NCBI RefSeq assembly: GCF_001194135.2
Contig: NC_068990.1
Span: 9,897,804 to 9,961,803, forward strand
Direction: 5' to 3'
Source of the DNA: Octopus bimaculoides
Lineage: Eukaryota
DNA length: 64,000 nt
Both the position numbers and the translations under genes were made by a program. Below, in pieces: positions 29,261 to 43,431 of the stretch. The stretch's first letter is position 1. The number at the start of each line of letters is the position of its first letter. The notes below the pieces were generated by a model. That model ran no database searches, had not been told where the DNA came from, and worked only from the letters and a program-made list of their open reading frames with translations.

Positions 29261-32200
29261 TATATGTTCTCTTTATTACCAGCAGAGGGTGGTTAAAAAC
29301 GTCGAACACTGTACATGGTAATTTGTGGAATTCAACACAACAACTAACACAAAGAAAGCCTTTAAAACCACCACCCAGTAACATATTTATTAGCTGACGT
29401 ATATCCTGAACAGGATACCATGAATTTTGTATTTAGATTTCAAATTACATTACGGAGAAGACGTCTGCTTTCATTGGTTAGACGCAGTGCTAAATCTCCG
29501 AACATCTGTAGCACTGTGATAGAAGCATTAGAATGTTTCTTAAGAGTAGTGTTTCTCTCGTACGGGCATTCTCCCCAGTGAAAGCACATCCTCAGCAGCA
29601 TTATCATTGACCAAACTCTTGAAGATACTTCAGTCAAAAACAAAGTTAATAATCTTCTAATAACCTCATGTTAGACCACAATCGACTATCGAATTCACCT
29701 AAATGTTGCAAACAACATCCACACCTGCACCTAGAAAAGGGTTAGGCAACAAAGTGCTATAAACCACGTTTTTTTACCTCTGACGAAGATTTCTTTCGGG
29801 AACATATCAGTTCCAGTTCCATTTCTATAAAATACTTATCGAATGTGTGTATGCGTGCAAGCGCGAATGTACAAGAAAGCGTACATAAATACACTCAGAA
29901 ATATACATGCACATTCACATAGACAAAATTTTCATTGTGTAAGTCGATATTCTGCTGGTCATTTGCAATTAACATTACTAAATGGATTATATCGACTCGC
30001 TCTCACTTTCGACGTCATTAATGCAGTGAAGTGGTGTTTAGACCGGTTGAATTTTGTAATACAAGGACGATATTATTTAAGTGTTGCTAGTTAATAAGTG
30101 AATAGCTTATGACATTAGGCTCCATACGCAATCAAATCTAATGAACGTATGTACAATAATTCATGTATAATTGAAAGAAAAATTCTTCAAAGGAATCACA
30201 GATCTGTGCATAGTTTATGAGTGTCGTGTAACATATCCTAAAATATTATACACGGAGTATCCGGATAATTCTTTAAAATTGTTTCGCATAATAGATGATA
30301 TAAATCTTTATAATGGTGTTTCATAAGACAACATAGCCAAAAACAGTATTCTCTCTAATTCCAGTTTTAATGGAACTCCCTCCGTGAAACTGTTTCCCTA
30401 AACACTAAAAAAATGTTTCTGCTTTAATTTTATTTAGTAAATACAAGGTCATGAAATTGTCACGCAAAACATAAATTCGTTGCATTTATGATGTGTAAGC
30501 TACCACACTCTGTATTCATTGATAGTATTAACATTATAACTCTGCCACATTTATATGAAAATTCTGTTCTGTCACAGGCAGCACCTTCGAACACTATGGC
30601 GTGACATAATCAATAAAATCTTCAGTTACTTCGTAACATGTTATAACTTATACTGAAGTAAAAGACCATTTACAACGTGGTTTATAAATAATTCGTGAAA
30701 TCTTTTTGAACTATACTTAAATCAACATAATGGAGAAACTTCCCCTCCGTGCTATGTATCATAGAAATTCAGTGCGGTAAGATTTAAGCTGAAAAATCTA
30801 GTTAAATGAACACTATTCTCAAAATGCATAAATAAGTAAGACTCACCCAGTTGAAAAGATATCCACTATTCGTTGTTCTGATCCATTGAAAGTTAAATGT
30901 CTTGGCCTTGGACATAAGTCAAAACCGATGAAAGGAAATGCATCACCAACACATCTGTAGTCGTTCGGCTGTGTATTGATTTGGCCAAATATAATCTAGT
31001 GAATAGTGAATGGAGCGTTTCGAGAGATATTTTTAACAAAACGTGACTGTAACTGGATTTTATTTATGTTGGCCTTTCTGAAATTCAATATCACCTAAAC
31101 ACAATAACATTTAAAATTACTACTCGATTGATAGAGAGTCCTGATTAAAAATACTGGAATCACACACTTTCCTCTTCTAATATTTTGTTTTTCATTTCCA
31201 AAAGTTAGAACTGTATATAAAGCTACCGAAAACAAAACGGATACGTAATTGAACTTCAGTTAATTTAAAGGAAAAATGCCAACACTTTTCTGGGATTCCG
31301 GTACGGCTGATCGATCTAATAACATTATAAAACTCAATTGACAAATGCCATCCGTTAAACCGATCCCAAACATGCTCATGGATGCAACCCATTCTTTTAC
31401 AATATCGAACCCTTTGCCAATAATAGTAATCGATATACGTATGTGTATACATTACTTTCAGTAAATATTTTATCATTCGTCAATGTTTAATATCAATAAA
31501 GATTTCACGTTGTTTCATAGATGTAAGAGTTGCAAACTGTTTAACGTAGCAGAGCAAGAATGATCCAGTATTCATTACTTAACCATTAAAGTATATATTC
31601 AAAGTTTACCTTGAACATATTGGCCTAAGTTTAAGTTCCATTTCGAAACATTAGGGATAATCAGATCAATTGTTTTTACATCAAGTATAGCGTTCTACGT
31701 TGTTGTTACTGCCTTTTAGTTTTAGCTAAACATTCTACATCAGATAATTGAAAAATATTGTCAACTCACGAATATTGAGTCATCTTGCGAGGTAAAAGGG
31801 ACATTCATCGAGTTGACTTTGTGTAGTTTCGCAAGGTAAAAGGACGTCCATAGCGGATGAGGTTATATATAGAAGTTGTGGACTTCTATCAGTTCTTCGG
31901 CTTTCTAATCATCCTCAACTGAATCACAGTCTATGTCGCTAAAATTTTCTTAGTGCTTTATATTGAGAAAGTACATAATGTGTGCAAGAGTTTGAATAAG
32001 TGATTTGTATTTAAACATAAGTGAAGATAAGAATGTAATCTATATAAAAATATCTTCGGTTGCTTACCATTTTTTTCGATTGAAATCTCATATAGATATA
32101 TATGTTTATATTAACGGCTAAATGCATGCATATATACGTATGTATGTGTGTGTGTGCATGTGCGTATGTTTGTGTTTGTGTGGAGGGTGTGTGTGTACGT

Positions 32201-32562
32201 GTGTGTGCGTGAGTATGTATATATATATATATATATATATATAAGCTCAGGTGTGGCTGTGTGGTAGGTTGTTTGCTTCCAAGCTACAGATATGCAATTG
32301 TACCTAGAATTTCAATAGTACCAATATTTGTGTTCTTTCGATTCAGGAGACATCACTTACCATAGCCAATGATCTTTGCTATGTGAAATACCATATTCTA
32401 ACGACAAATATTGAGAGTTGATCCAGTCTATCTTAAGGTAGAATATTATATATGATGCTCATGTGTCAGGAGCTCCGATCCTGTACTAACTTTTATCACA
32501 AATGTGAAGACTAGACAATTTAAATCCTAAGCAGGGGTCATGAAAATATTCAGCAAAACGCC

Positions 32563-32720
32563 GGTGTCGCTGTGTGGGTAGAAACTTGGTTTCCAACCAC
32601 ATGGTTTGGAGTTTAGTCTTACAACTTGGCACGCTGGACGTGGGTCTTCTGCAATAGCTTCGTGCCGACTAAAACTTTCTGAATGGATGTGGCAGACAGA
32701 AACTGATCGAAGCCCGTATG
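32563..32720 (+). mobile_element. SINE family A, decayed 5' part; a further head fragment at 32248-32290
   Basis: CCAACCACATGGTT...GTCTTCTGCAATAGC...GAAACTGA..GAAGCCCGT. Confidence 0.65.
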
Positions 32721-35700
32721 TATGTATGTATGTATGTGTGGGAGATTTTCTTCCCCGCTTTTCTTTTCAAAATTCATTTCTAAAGTATCGTTGTTCAATC
32801 TCTATCTATGATTTTCTGGTCTGTCCCAAACTGTCGCTGATCAATATTTAATTCGTAAGTACGTGAATGTGAACCGAAACGCTTACCTCTATAATCATAA
32901 CTCATAATTTTACAGTAAACTGATATTTTTATTGCCTAGCACATTCTTATTGGGAAACTAATATATTATGTTCGAATTATGTTTCTCACTCACGTAAATT
33001 ACTGAAGTAGACTGAACTGAACATTATATAAAATTATGTAATTTACAATTGAAATCTAATGAGTATAAGAAAACAACATATGGAAATTTTCCCTTACAAA
33101 ATTAGTTATCGGCTGACAGTTGTCTGGAAAATTACATCGTATTGTAAAGTATTCCATATTCATTCCCATTTTATTAATGTCTTGCAATTTGAATTTTGTA
33201 TAGTACTTAATTCCTTCGTTATTCTAAATACTCATTATGTTGGAAATCATTAAAATCTAACCCATGCAAATGGAGGTTATTATACAAAGATTAACTAAGA
33301 TTAATTACTCCGTTTATGTACGTTGTAAATATGACTTATTCAGATTTATTACACTTCTATAAAAATTTTCATAAATATTTGTTTAACATTTATTGTTTTG
33401 TGTAGTTTTCCCATTTACCAAGAAATGGAAATTGTCTTGTGCTTAATTTCAATATCCTTTAATATGCTATTTTTTTTTACTTGCTCTATTGTATATTCAT
33501 TTTTCTTATACTAACCTTATATTCCCAGTGTAAGTAACTTAAATGTATAAAGCATCCAATTTCCGCTTCATTTCGCAGACGTTTCCTAATATTTAAAATA
33601 AATATAAATATTTAATACGTTTCCTTAAGTTTCAATATATCTTTACTTAGCTAATTCACAATATATAAGTCTCTTTATTTTCCTATACGAGGCTCCTCGA
33701 TAATGCCTGTCTATAAGACAATATTTTCTTTACGCTGACGAAACATTTCAGACAGATTTTGAATTTTGGAATTTCTTATGGGGTGTAACAAATATTTTAC
33801 AAACGAATGCAGGTTGTAAAAGTATTCCACTCTGCACTACATGACATAATGTGGTGTAGCGAACCAGGATTATATCTTAGTTCACTTCTTCGTTTCATTC
33901 TCGGAAATATCATTTTATAAATTACGATGACTTTACCGTCAATCAGAGGATTCATTTTCTATATCCATATCCATATCCCCTTCGATCTTAAAATCGCATT
34001 TTTTTACTTTATGCAAACTTAGGTGTTCACATTGAAATAGGCGACGAAACCATCTCAACTGATCTAGTCAAGTTCTGATCTGAAGTAATTTCAAGAATTA
34101 TGATTCTGTAAAACACAGTATAGTTATTTCTTCGTAATCGATAAACTTTCTAAAACTAGATCTCCATTCTAAAGCCCAACATCCACGCCCACGCGCCCGG
34201 TCACACGTATATATATATATATATATATATATATNNNNNNNNNNNNNNNNNNNNNNNNNNNNNNNNNNNNNNNNNNNNNNNNNNNNNNNNNNNNNNNNNN
34301 NNNNNNNNNNNNNNNNNNNNNNNNNNNNNNNNNNNNNNNNNNNNNNNNNNNNNNNNNNNNNNNTCACAGTCGATCACCAATATAACTAGCGTTTGCTTAA
34401 ATTCTCCTTAAACGGAAATATTTCTAATAAATCAGTGATTTATCAATGCTTTTTAATATGCTTCTAGATATAACGTTCTTTCTAATCGTTGGTGCTAGCA
34501 GTACAGAAATATTTTGTTTGAACTATTTTCTAAAAAAAAAAACAAAACAAAACATAAAACGAAAAATTTCAGCCTATTATTAGTGTCTATGTCTGAGTAT
34601 CTTCTTCAACCAGTTTGGTTTAACTCTGATGTCTGGTGGTGACTTGTTTTGATGCCGCATAAGTAGTGACTTTTCTGATTCAGTGGAAATACCTGTCAGT
34701 ATTTGCCAAAAAAAAAAAGAAACGAAAAACAAAAACTGTCTGTGTTTGAAGAAATAAAAAAAAAAGAAAATCTAAAACAAGACGCAAACAAAGATGGTCA
34801 AAGACAGAAAACATATCCTTGTCCATTGGTGTCAAAAATATAGTATAACTGCGTCTTCAAATTATTTCTACTTCTTTCTCTGACACTATCACAATTATTA
34901 CAACTACTTTGTCTACAGAGTCAGAGAGAAAAATGTTTTCGGTAAAACATGAATTTATCTTCGGTGCCCTTGAATATAAAAGTTTTAGTCTTTGATGTTG
35001 AAACGATACATATCCGTATATATGCGTATACATACATAGGTATCATATTGTCCGGATAGTTCTGTACGTTTTTATTTAATATGCAAAGAGGGATGTAAAT
35101 AATTGACCTTTCAATAAATGTTATTCAATGAAATAATTTCCATTATTATTAATGACATTTGTTCATCTATCAGGCAATTTAAATATTCCCTCAGCATTAC
35201 CTTTGACTGGTTTTCAAGGAAAAAGGTTACCTGGATGCATTTGACATCCGTCTTAATCGGTAAATGCAATGAGTTCTGAAGAGATAAAAACAAGAACTAC
35301 TACTCTATCATCAACCTAAACCTTTTATATTTATAGGGAGCGGATAGACTTCTTTTGGCTCGGCATACCACATGATTTGATGTCGCTATTTCTGTTTGTT
35401 TTATTGCTCGTGAGATTTATGCAGGTTTTATCCGTAGATCTCCAAGTACTACCATGATGAAATACATAGTACACATAACCATGTTACGTTATGTATATAA
35501 ATGTGTCATCAAAATATAATTCGTAGAAGATTTAGTCATTTTATCCAGTGGTTACGGTAGATTTGTAGATTTTTCCACAGGACTAGGAGATTAATATTAG
35601 ACTACTTCTCAAATAAATAGGAGACAATATTTCCCATTCGTTTACAGAAGAAGAGATGGTCCCAGTATTTGATAGATAGATATTTAAATAAGTTTGAGAG

Positions 35701-36796
35701 GATAAAACATAATGTTGGTTTAGAACACTGGAGAACGAACGCAAAACAGTGAAGTTTTTCTATTTCGATGAAGTATAATATAAAACATCTCTATTTTATA
35801 ATAAGAATAAGTAAAATCCTTTCTCTTACATGAAATAATTCTTCCTGTTACCTGTATATACTATAAAACAGGATATCACTGATTCCATTTTATAAGTATC
35901 AATATATTGGATTTTTAAAATTTTTATTATATATGTTGTAATACATTTGTTTTATTTATAATTTTTCACTTTCTTTTACTATTTAAGAGCTAGAAGCGAA
36001 AATAACGTATATTGCTAATATTGTTTTATAGAAATGAAAATAATATATCTAAAACATGTAGACTTCTACTACTATTGGATAAAAAACAAATAGGAAAATT
36101 TTGCATATAAGGCTATAAATATTTATGGTTCTCGCAAAAGCTGCCGAATATGAAACAATTTCATTTAGGTTCAGAGAAACGTTTCTTTTAATCCAAATAT
36201 AGGTAAAAATAAAAATAAACCTTATATCAAAAGCGGGAATATTGGCAGTAACAACACAGTAACAACATGCAAACAATGTCAATTTTATACAGCATTGCAA
36301 TAAAAGACATGCATATTGTTTGTATATTTATATTCTAAATGAAAGTTTCTCCTTTTGGATTATTCTGTGTGAAAACTAAATCATATTCTCTTCTCAGTAC
36401 TTCAGCAAAATAATATTTTACGTTTCAGTTAGGATATAACCCGATTGTCGTATTGCATATTCTTCGAAAATCTTGTTAATAAGCACATATATCCGTATAT
36501 TCGTTCACATAAAAAAACACTCTTATAATGTGCAAGCATATACTTGTACATATACATATACACACGCACATACACATGCACATATTCATTTACAAATGCA
36601 TGGCAAACCTTTTATTGTAATTCTTTTGTTACGTATTGGAAAAGAAGAAAGAAAAATTAGATAACTTAATACTTGTTCATAATATTGTAGAGTATTATAA
36701 TTTTCTTTTATTTAAAAAGAGAGCCTACCGTCAAATGTAGCAGAAATCACAAGTAGCGAATACATAGATAGATACATGCATGGAAACATGCATCGC

Positions 36797-36837
<41 letters not shown>

Positions 36838-37794
36838 GAAACATACACACATACACACACACACACACATACACTCATGATGAAAAGTAAAACGAAATAC
36901 GAAAAAATTTAATAGAACAATATAAAAAAGACTACGGTAATAATATATGTGATATGAGGAGATGAGGTTTCGGAGTTAATTCAGAAACAAATAGCAATGA
37001 AGCGATAGAAGGGAAAGCTGGTACTAGAACGAAATATGCTTGCATGTAAATTTAAAATAAAAACTCTTTGTATGGTACACAAGGATGAATGGTAAAAGAT
37101 AAATACGTTACACAGCTTTTCTTTTAGGAGAGCAAAGAGTATAAGCGTTTCATTTTATTTTCTAGCGTAATTGCCTGTGTTTCAGTACGTGTGTGAGCTC
37201 GATAAATCGCAGGAAAAAAATTTTGTTGTGTTTCTGTTTTTTTTGTGTGTGTGTGTGTGTGTGTGCTTGGGCGTGTTTAGATGTAACGTTTACGCAATAT
37301 TCTAAAACATTCAGACGATTATAAGGTTGAATAGTTTGTGGAATCGGGAAAAACTGATACACGCGTAGGTTTGTCTGAATATAATGAATATAATCAGACT
37401 TTAAATGCAAGAAAGTGGTGAGAGGTTTTAAAATATGATATATGCTGCAATATTCTGTGAGAGAGTATACGGTAAGTTAGGAAATATCTATTTGGAACAT
37501 AATCTCTGACAATTATGATTAACAAGGATGGAAATGTTGCGCTGCTCGATATACTTGCTGAAGGTGTTTACTTGAAAATCTATTGAACCCAGAAAATGTT
37601 GAGTGTACAGAAGGTCCTAACTTCCAAGAGAGAATATGAACTGATATAAGGCATTCAAACATATCGCAGACCACGTCTTATATATTAGAGTGATATAATA
37701 AAGTTGGATTTCATTTGATAGCTTTTTTAGTACATGTGCCAACCACTTCGAACACAGCATATAATTTTGGGCAATATCAAGGTAATGAAGAGGA

Positions 37795-37833
<39 letters not shown>

Positions 37834-38325
37834 GAGAGAGAAAGAGAGAGAGAAAGTGTGAAGGAGTTTTATGAAATACCTGCCATAATTAATTTTATTG
37901 ATATATTTTACACTGAGTATGTGAAAGAAAACTGAAATCCCAGACACTTCTCCAAAAAGAACGTTATTTCGTTTACTTATCAGAAGGAGAGTAAGAAATA
38001 TCGTAGAATAATAAAATGAGAAGGACGGAATTCAGGTAAACAGGTGTAAAGAAGCACAGTTACAATACAATTCCTCAACAGACAGACAGCCACCCACGAG
38101 TAACCAAGGAACCCAAATGAATTGGTTGAAACTGACCATCAACTGCACTACTGCCTGCCACCTCTCCCCCATTGGTCCGCACTGCAGAAGTCAGAATCGA
38201 ACGTTTAGGAGAGAATATCCAAGATTCATTTGACTAAATGTTGAAAAAGATGTAAATGCAGAAATCACGTAGCAGTTAACAATACTCTATCTTTCCCTCA
38301 TAAAAATATACTTTCTTTGTATGTA

Positions 38326-38712
38326 GGCGCAGGGCGGCTATTAGGTAAGAAATTTGCTTCCCAGACGCATCGTTCCGGGTTCAGACCCATTGCGCGGAAA
38401 CTTGGGAAGGTGTCTTCTACTATAGCCTCAGCCGAACAAAGCCTTGTGAGTGGATTTAGTGGAGGAAAACTGAACGAAGCCTGTCACATGTATATGCATA
38501 TATGTGTGTGTGCGTGTCTGTGTGTGTGTGTCTATGTGTGCCTTTGTGTCTGTGTTCGTCTCCCCACTCACCGCTTGATAACCTGTGTTGATGTTTTTAG
38601 GCCACATGACTTAGCTGATGGAATAAGTTCACTAGCGACGAATTATTCGACAAACATTTTTTGAGGCGGTGCCCCAGCACGGATGCAGTCTAGTGACTGC
38701 AGCAAGTAAAGG
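38326..38712 (+). mobile_element. SINE family A, near full length
   Basis: A-box-like head, B-box-like GGGTTCAGACCC, internal (TG)n and the same tail as 5351-5729. Confidence 0.85.
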
Positions 38713-39187
38713 ATGTATGATATTACAGACGCTCTGTGACGGGTGTTAGATAGCTACAAGCACAATATGAGATATACAATGTAAACACACTGGAATATTT
38801 AGTAAATCAACGGAAATATAACAGAAAGTGTTAAAACATAGGAGAAAAGCAAAATAAGCAGATGCTTAAATGCAATCCAGTTACAAGATAAAACCAACAT
38901 AATGAAAAAGTGAGAAAAATAGTGGCGAAGATAAAATCTGTAAAATTATGACTTTTTATGTGACATTAGACCGACGGCAAGAAAAATTGATAGATGTTCA
39001 ATACATGAATAAATTTTACAAAATTATAGTAGACACAAAGGAAACAGATCTCAACGTTGTTTCTGTATGGCCAGTCATAAGGTTTGAACGTGAAATACTG
39101 ATGATTGTGGAAAAGGATAAACTCGAACAATTCAGAAATATTAAGTTGTACTGAAAAAGAAAGCAATAATTAATTGTAGAAAATAAG

Positions 39188-39395
39188 ACGGTGAGCTAGC
39201 AGAAGCGTTAGCACGCCGGGCGAAATGCTTAGCGATATTACGTCTGTCTTTACGTTTTGAATTCAAATTCCGCCGAGGTCGACTGTACCTTTCATCCTTT
39301 AAGGGGTCGATAAATTAAGTACCAGTTGCGTACTGGGGTCGTTCTAATCGACAGGCCCCTCTCCCAAAATTTCAGGCCTTGTACCTAGAGTATTA
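39188..39395 (+). mobile_element. SINE family B
   Basis: GACGGTGAGCTAGCAGAAGCGTTAGCACGCCGGGCG head, and a body shared with 6271-6490. Confidence 0.85.
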
Positions 39396-40171
39396 AAAGA
39401 AAACCAAGTAATTGCAGAAAATGTAGTTTTGAAGAACTGCATTGAGTGTAGATGCCCAAGATTAGACAAGGAAATATCTACACTCTTGTAAGAGATAACA
39501 AATTTCATACAGTGGAAATTGTTTCAGCGCAATAAAACAATTCGAAGTAAATATAATGTTTTATTTTTATTACACTATGTACAGAGAGAACAATTTAATA
39601 GGTTGGATATCCTGAAAAAACATCGCCTAAAATAGGTGTCATTCATCGAAGTATATTCCAATAAAAAGATAAATGCATTCTTCAATAAATGTACAATTTT
39701 TACAATCGAAATAGAGAGAAAATATGAATTTGATAGTAGAAGAAAGCAATAGTTTCTAAAAGAGATGACTTTGCAATTATGCAAAAGCAAGTAACTGAAC
39801 AATCAAATCAAACTACATGAGCTGAAAATATGCTTAGCCTGCAGAAAGGAGCACTGCTACGTGTTGCACTCATATTGAAAAGAATAATTTTTCTACCGAT
39901 ATAAAATATCTGGATGCAGGCTTACCTGGGTGGAGGTGCTTGTCTTCCCCTTGTAAACATAAGGACACAGGAAATGTGTCAAGGCCGAGAGGAAGCGGTG
40001 CAGCTTCCTAGGTCTAACCAACAGTAGTATTGTTCTTTCAAGGGAACTGTCACATTAAGTTGACAGCATACAACTACATCATCGTATCACTAATGCATAA
40101 ATCTCTGAGAGATTTAGAAATGTATTATTTCGATAGAAAATAGATTACAAAACGAAAATGATGTGCATAAA

Positions 40172-40305
40172 AGGGGATGCTCATAAGTTTCTGGCTTTGA
40201 GTAAAAGAAATTAGAAGAGAATCAGTTAATTATGATTTTATTCAACATATTCCTCTCTCAGATTCACACACTTATAGCAGAAGTCGTTTAGTTTTACGAA
40301 CCCCT
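40172..40305. mobile_element. Mariner-like terminal fragment
   Basis: GGGGATGCTCATAAGTTTCTGGCTTT...TTATTCAACATATTCCTCTCTCAGATTCACACACTT resembles mariner TIR and subterminal sequence (recalled, not searched). Confidence 0.5.
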
Positions 40306-40309
40306 GGAA

Positions 40310-40605
40310 AAATACCTTGGAGTACTAGAGTTCAACGAGATAATGGAGAAGGGAATGAAAGTGCATCTGAGTATGGAGTATTTCTGAAGACTAAGGTTGG
40401 TGTTGCGCTTAAAATTGACTGGATGGAATAAAATCCAGGCAGTTAATATGTGGGCGATAGCATCACGTCGGTATGGAACGGGAATTATAAAATGGCAAAA
40501 AGAGAGATAAAATGGATACCAAGACCAGAAAAATGTTGACAGTACACGGAGCCTTCCATCCAACAAGTGACACCGATAGGCTACACCTGTCCAGGAGAAA
40601 GGGTC
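40310..40605 (+). mobile_element. R4/Dong-like non-LTR retrotransposon, RT C-terminal/thumb fragment
   Basis: KYLGVLE...EYF*RLRLVLRLKLTGWNKIQAVNMWAI...YGTGIIKW, then a frameshift to MDTKTRKMLTVHGAFHPTSDTDRLHLSRRKG. Confidence 0.85.
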
Positions 40606-40630
40606 CTTCCACCCTAACCGTGACATCGAT

Positions 40631-40817
40631 AGCTTGTAGTATCTTTTTTCTGTTGTTATTCCATAGTGTTGGCATAGCTTCCAGTGTATATAGGTCCCAG
40701 CTCTGTCGTGTCTGTGAATATATTCCTTCTTAGCCAAGACTGGGCAGCCAGAGATAATATGATTTATTGTTTCTTGTCCATCTCCACATATTCTACAGTT
40801 ACTTGTTATGTTTCTTT
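40631..40817 (-). mobile_element. R4/Dong-like non-LTR retrotransposon, CCHC zinc-knuckle fragment
   Basis: CRICGDGQETINHIISGCPVLAKKEYIHRHDRAGTYIHWKLCQHYG with an open frame. It is truncated by the N gap at 40818. Confidence 0.9.
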
Positions 40818-42143
40818 NNNNNNNNNNNNNNNNNNNNNNNNNNNNNNNNNNNNNNNNNNNNNNNNNNNNNNNNNNNNNNNNNNNNNNNNNNNNNNNNNNN
40901 NNNNNNNNNNNNNNNNNNNNNNNNNNNNNNNNNNNNNNNNNNNNNNNNNNNNNNNNNNNNNNNNNNNNNNNNNNNNNNNNNNNNNNNNNNNNNNNNNNNN
41001 NNNNNNNNNNNNNNNNNNNNNNNNNNNNNNNNNNNNNNNNNNNNNNNNNNNNNNNNNNNNNNNNNNNNNNNNNNNNNNNNNNNNNNNNNNNNNNNNNNNN
41101 NNNNNNNNNNNNNNNNNNNNNNNNNNNNNNNNNNNNNNNNNNNNNNNNNNNNNNNNNNNNNNNNNNNNNNNNNNNNNNNNNNNNNNNNNNNNNNNNNNNN
41201 NNNNNNNNNNNNNNNNNNNNNNNNNNNNNNNNNNNNNNNNNNNNNNNNNNNNNNNNNNNNNNNNNNNNNNNNNNNNNNNNNNNNNNNNNNNNNNNNNNNN
41301 NNNNNNNNNNNNNNNNNNNNNNNNNNNNNNNNNNNNNNNNNNNNNNNNNNNNNNNNNNNNNNNNNNNNNNNNNNNNNNNNNNNNNNNNNNNNNNNNNNNN
41401 NNNNNNNNNNNNNNNNNNNNNNNNNNNNNNNNNNNNNNNNNNNNNNNNNNNNNNNNNNNNNNNNNNNNNNNNNNNNNNNNNNNNNNNNNNNNNNNNNNNN
41501 NNNNNNNNNNNNNNNNNGTTAAAAATGATAAAAGTTAAAATAAATAATTGATGAGAGTTGTAATCATGATGAGGATGTAGAATATAAAGATGATGATAAA
41601 CAAGTAAACACCTGACATAAAATATAGACGAGAAAATAACATAAAACGAAATAAAAATAAACTTAAGATACAATAGTACAGAATTTAGAGCATAATTCCT
41701 ACCACTGACAGGGATAATTATATTTCTCATACTTATTATTACATGCTATTATATATTACCGTCTTTGCTACAGGGTTATAATGTGTAGAGTCTATTCATG
41801 CATCAGACTATATTTGCATTATATTAATACACATAAACATATCTACATATATATATATATATATATGTCTGTGTGTGTGTGTGGATTTATTGATNNNNNN
41901 NNNNNNNNNNNNNNNNNNNNNNNNNNNNNNNNNNNNNNNNNNNNNNNNNNNNNNNNNNNNNNNNNNNNNNNNNNNNNNNNNNNNNNNNNNNNNNNNNNNN
42001 NNNNNNNNNNNNNNNNNNNNNNNNNNNNNNNNNNNNNNNNNNNNNNNNNNNNNNNNNNNNNNNNNNNNNNNNNNNNNNNNNNNNNNNNNNNNNNNNNNNN
42101 NNNNNNNNNNNNNNNNNNNNNNNNNNNNNNNNNNNNNNNNNNN

Positions 42144-42182
<39 letters not shown>

Positions 42183-42623
42183 CATATATGCCTATCTATT
42201 ATATAAAGGAAATTTCAATGACAAAGTCAGTCAATATGTTTTTAATAAGACACAAACGTTAGCTTAAAAATCAGAATGGGAAATTTGTAAATTATCGCAA
42301 AAGTTAATTTAACTAACATCACATGGATGAATATACATAGAATAATAACTATTTAAAAAGAATACTTTAAATACCTACTTTACAAATGTTACGAAAATGA
42401 ACATAATAGAAGTTCATAGTATATATTGTTATATTTTCTTCATCATTTGGAATTTAAATAATTGTTGAAAATGGAAGAAAATATGCTTCGTTTGATATTA
42501 TATTTTGCAGAAGAATATATATCATACTTTAGACGAAGAATAAATGTAAGACCTATGAAAAATTAACAAAATCTCAAAACGAATAAGCATGATAAACTAG
42601 ATATTTATATATTTGCGCGCATA

Positions 42624-42883
42624 CGACGGCTGATAAATAAGTATCCGGACTGTTGCTATTGTAACGAAGCTAAGACATGGGGAGTACAGCCGCTTGGCAG
42701 AGATTGACCTTGAACTCAGATGTACATTCACTCTAAGCTTTAACGATCTATCTCACTCCCGCTGTTTACTGAAGTGCTAGGAATGTATAGAGTGTGATCG
42801 TCTCAATGACAGAGAAAGTTGAGCAGAGGATCTGCATAAAATTTTGTCAAATGCTTGGAAATACTTACTCAGAGGACTACGAA
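42624..42883 (+). mobile_element. Mariner 5' end (TIR, UTR, N-terminal codons)
   Basis: TA followed by CGACGGCTGATAAATAAGTATCCGGAC is a TIR-like start. The ATG at 42806 gives MTEKVEQRICIKFCQMLGNTYSEDY, a typical mariner N-terminal helix. Confidence 0.75.
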
Positions 42884-43325
42884 GTCTTTTCAAAAAAGTT
42901 GTCATCTTTCTAAACACAATCAAATAGATCCTGTGTAACTGAAACCCAAGTGTCTTCGTGGTCAGCTGAAAGTAGTTTTGGTACAAATTTGACAGACACT
43001 GAACTGAATTGTAACTAATATGCACATCCTCTGATAACACAGGGATGGGGATTCGACGATTTGTCCTCACAGCTGTACGCACAGCTGCAATGTTTTCCTC
43101 ACTTCTGATTCTTGCGGGTTTCCGAGAACGTTCGTCAATATCGACATTCTTTCGAGCATCTTAGAAACGTCTGAACCACTTGTACACCTGTGTGCGGCTC
43201 ACATACTCGACTCCATATAATTTCTGCAAACATATAATTTCTTTATCATGGTCAATACGACGATCGCACGCTATACACCTTCCTTCCAAGCACTGCTGTA
43301 AACAACCTAAGTGATCTATAGCACT
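42878..43325 (-). mobile_element. Second mariner fragment in the opposite orientation
   Basis: Minus strand gives LQKLYGVEYVSRTQVYKWFRRF*DARKNVDIDERSRKP...VKFVPKLLS...KDDNFFEK. It is preceded by a UTR homologous to 42740-42810. Confidence 0.8.
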
Positions 43326-43431
43326 TTATATACAACGCTCAGCAAGTGAGCTACAATCCTTTATATACAACGTTCTTACATACAGCGCTCTTACATATAA
43401 CGCTCTGCACCTTTTCTATGAATTACATCAA

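Noticed and set aside
38080-38240. Plus-strand frame DRQPPTSNQG...CHLSPIGPHCRS, considered as a host terminal exon
   Set aside because: It resembles a decayed RTE-type LINE C-terminus about as well, so neither call is supportable.
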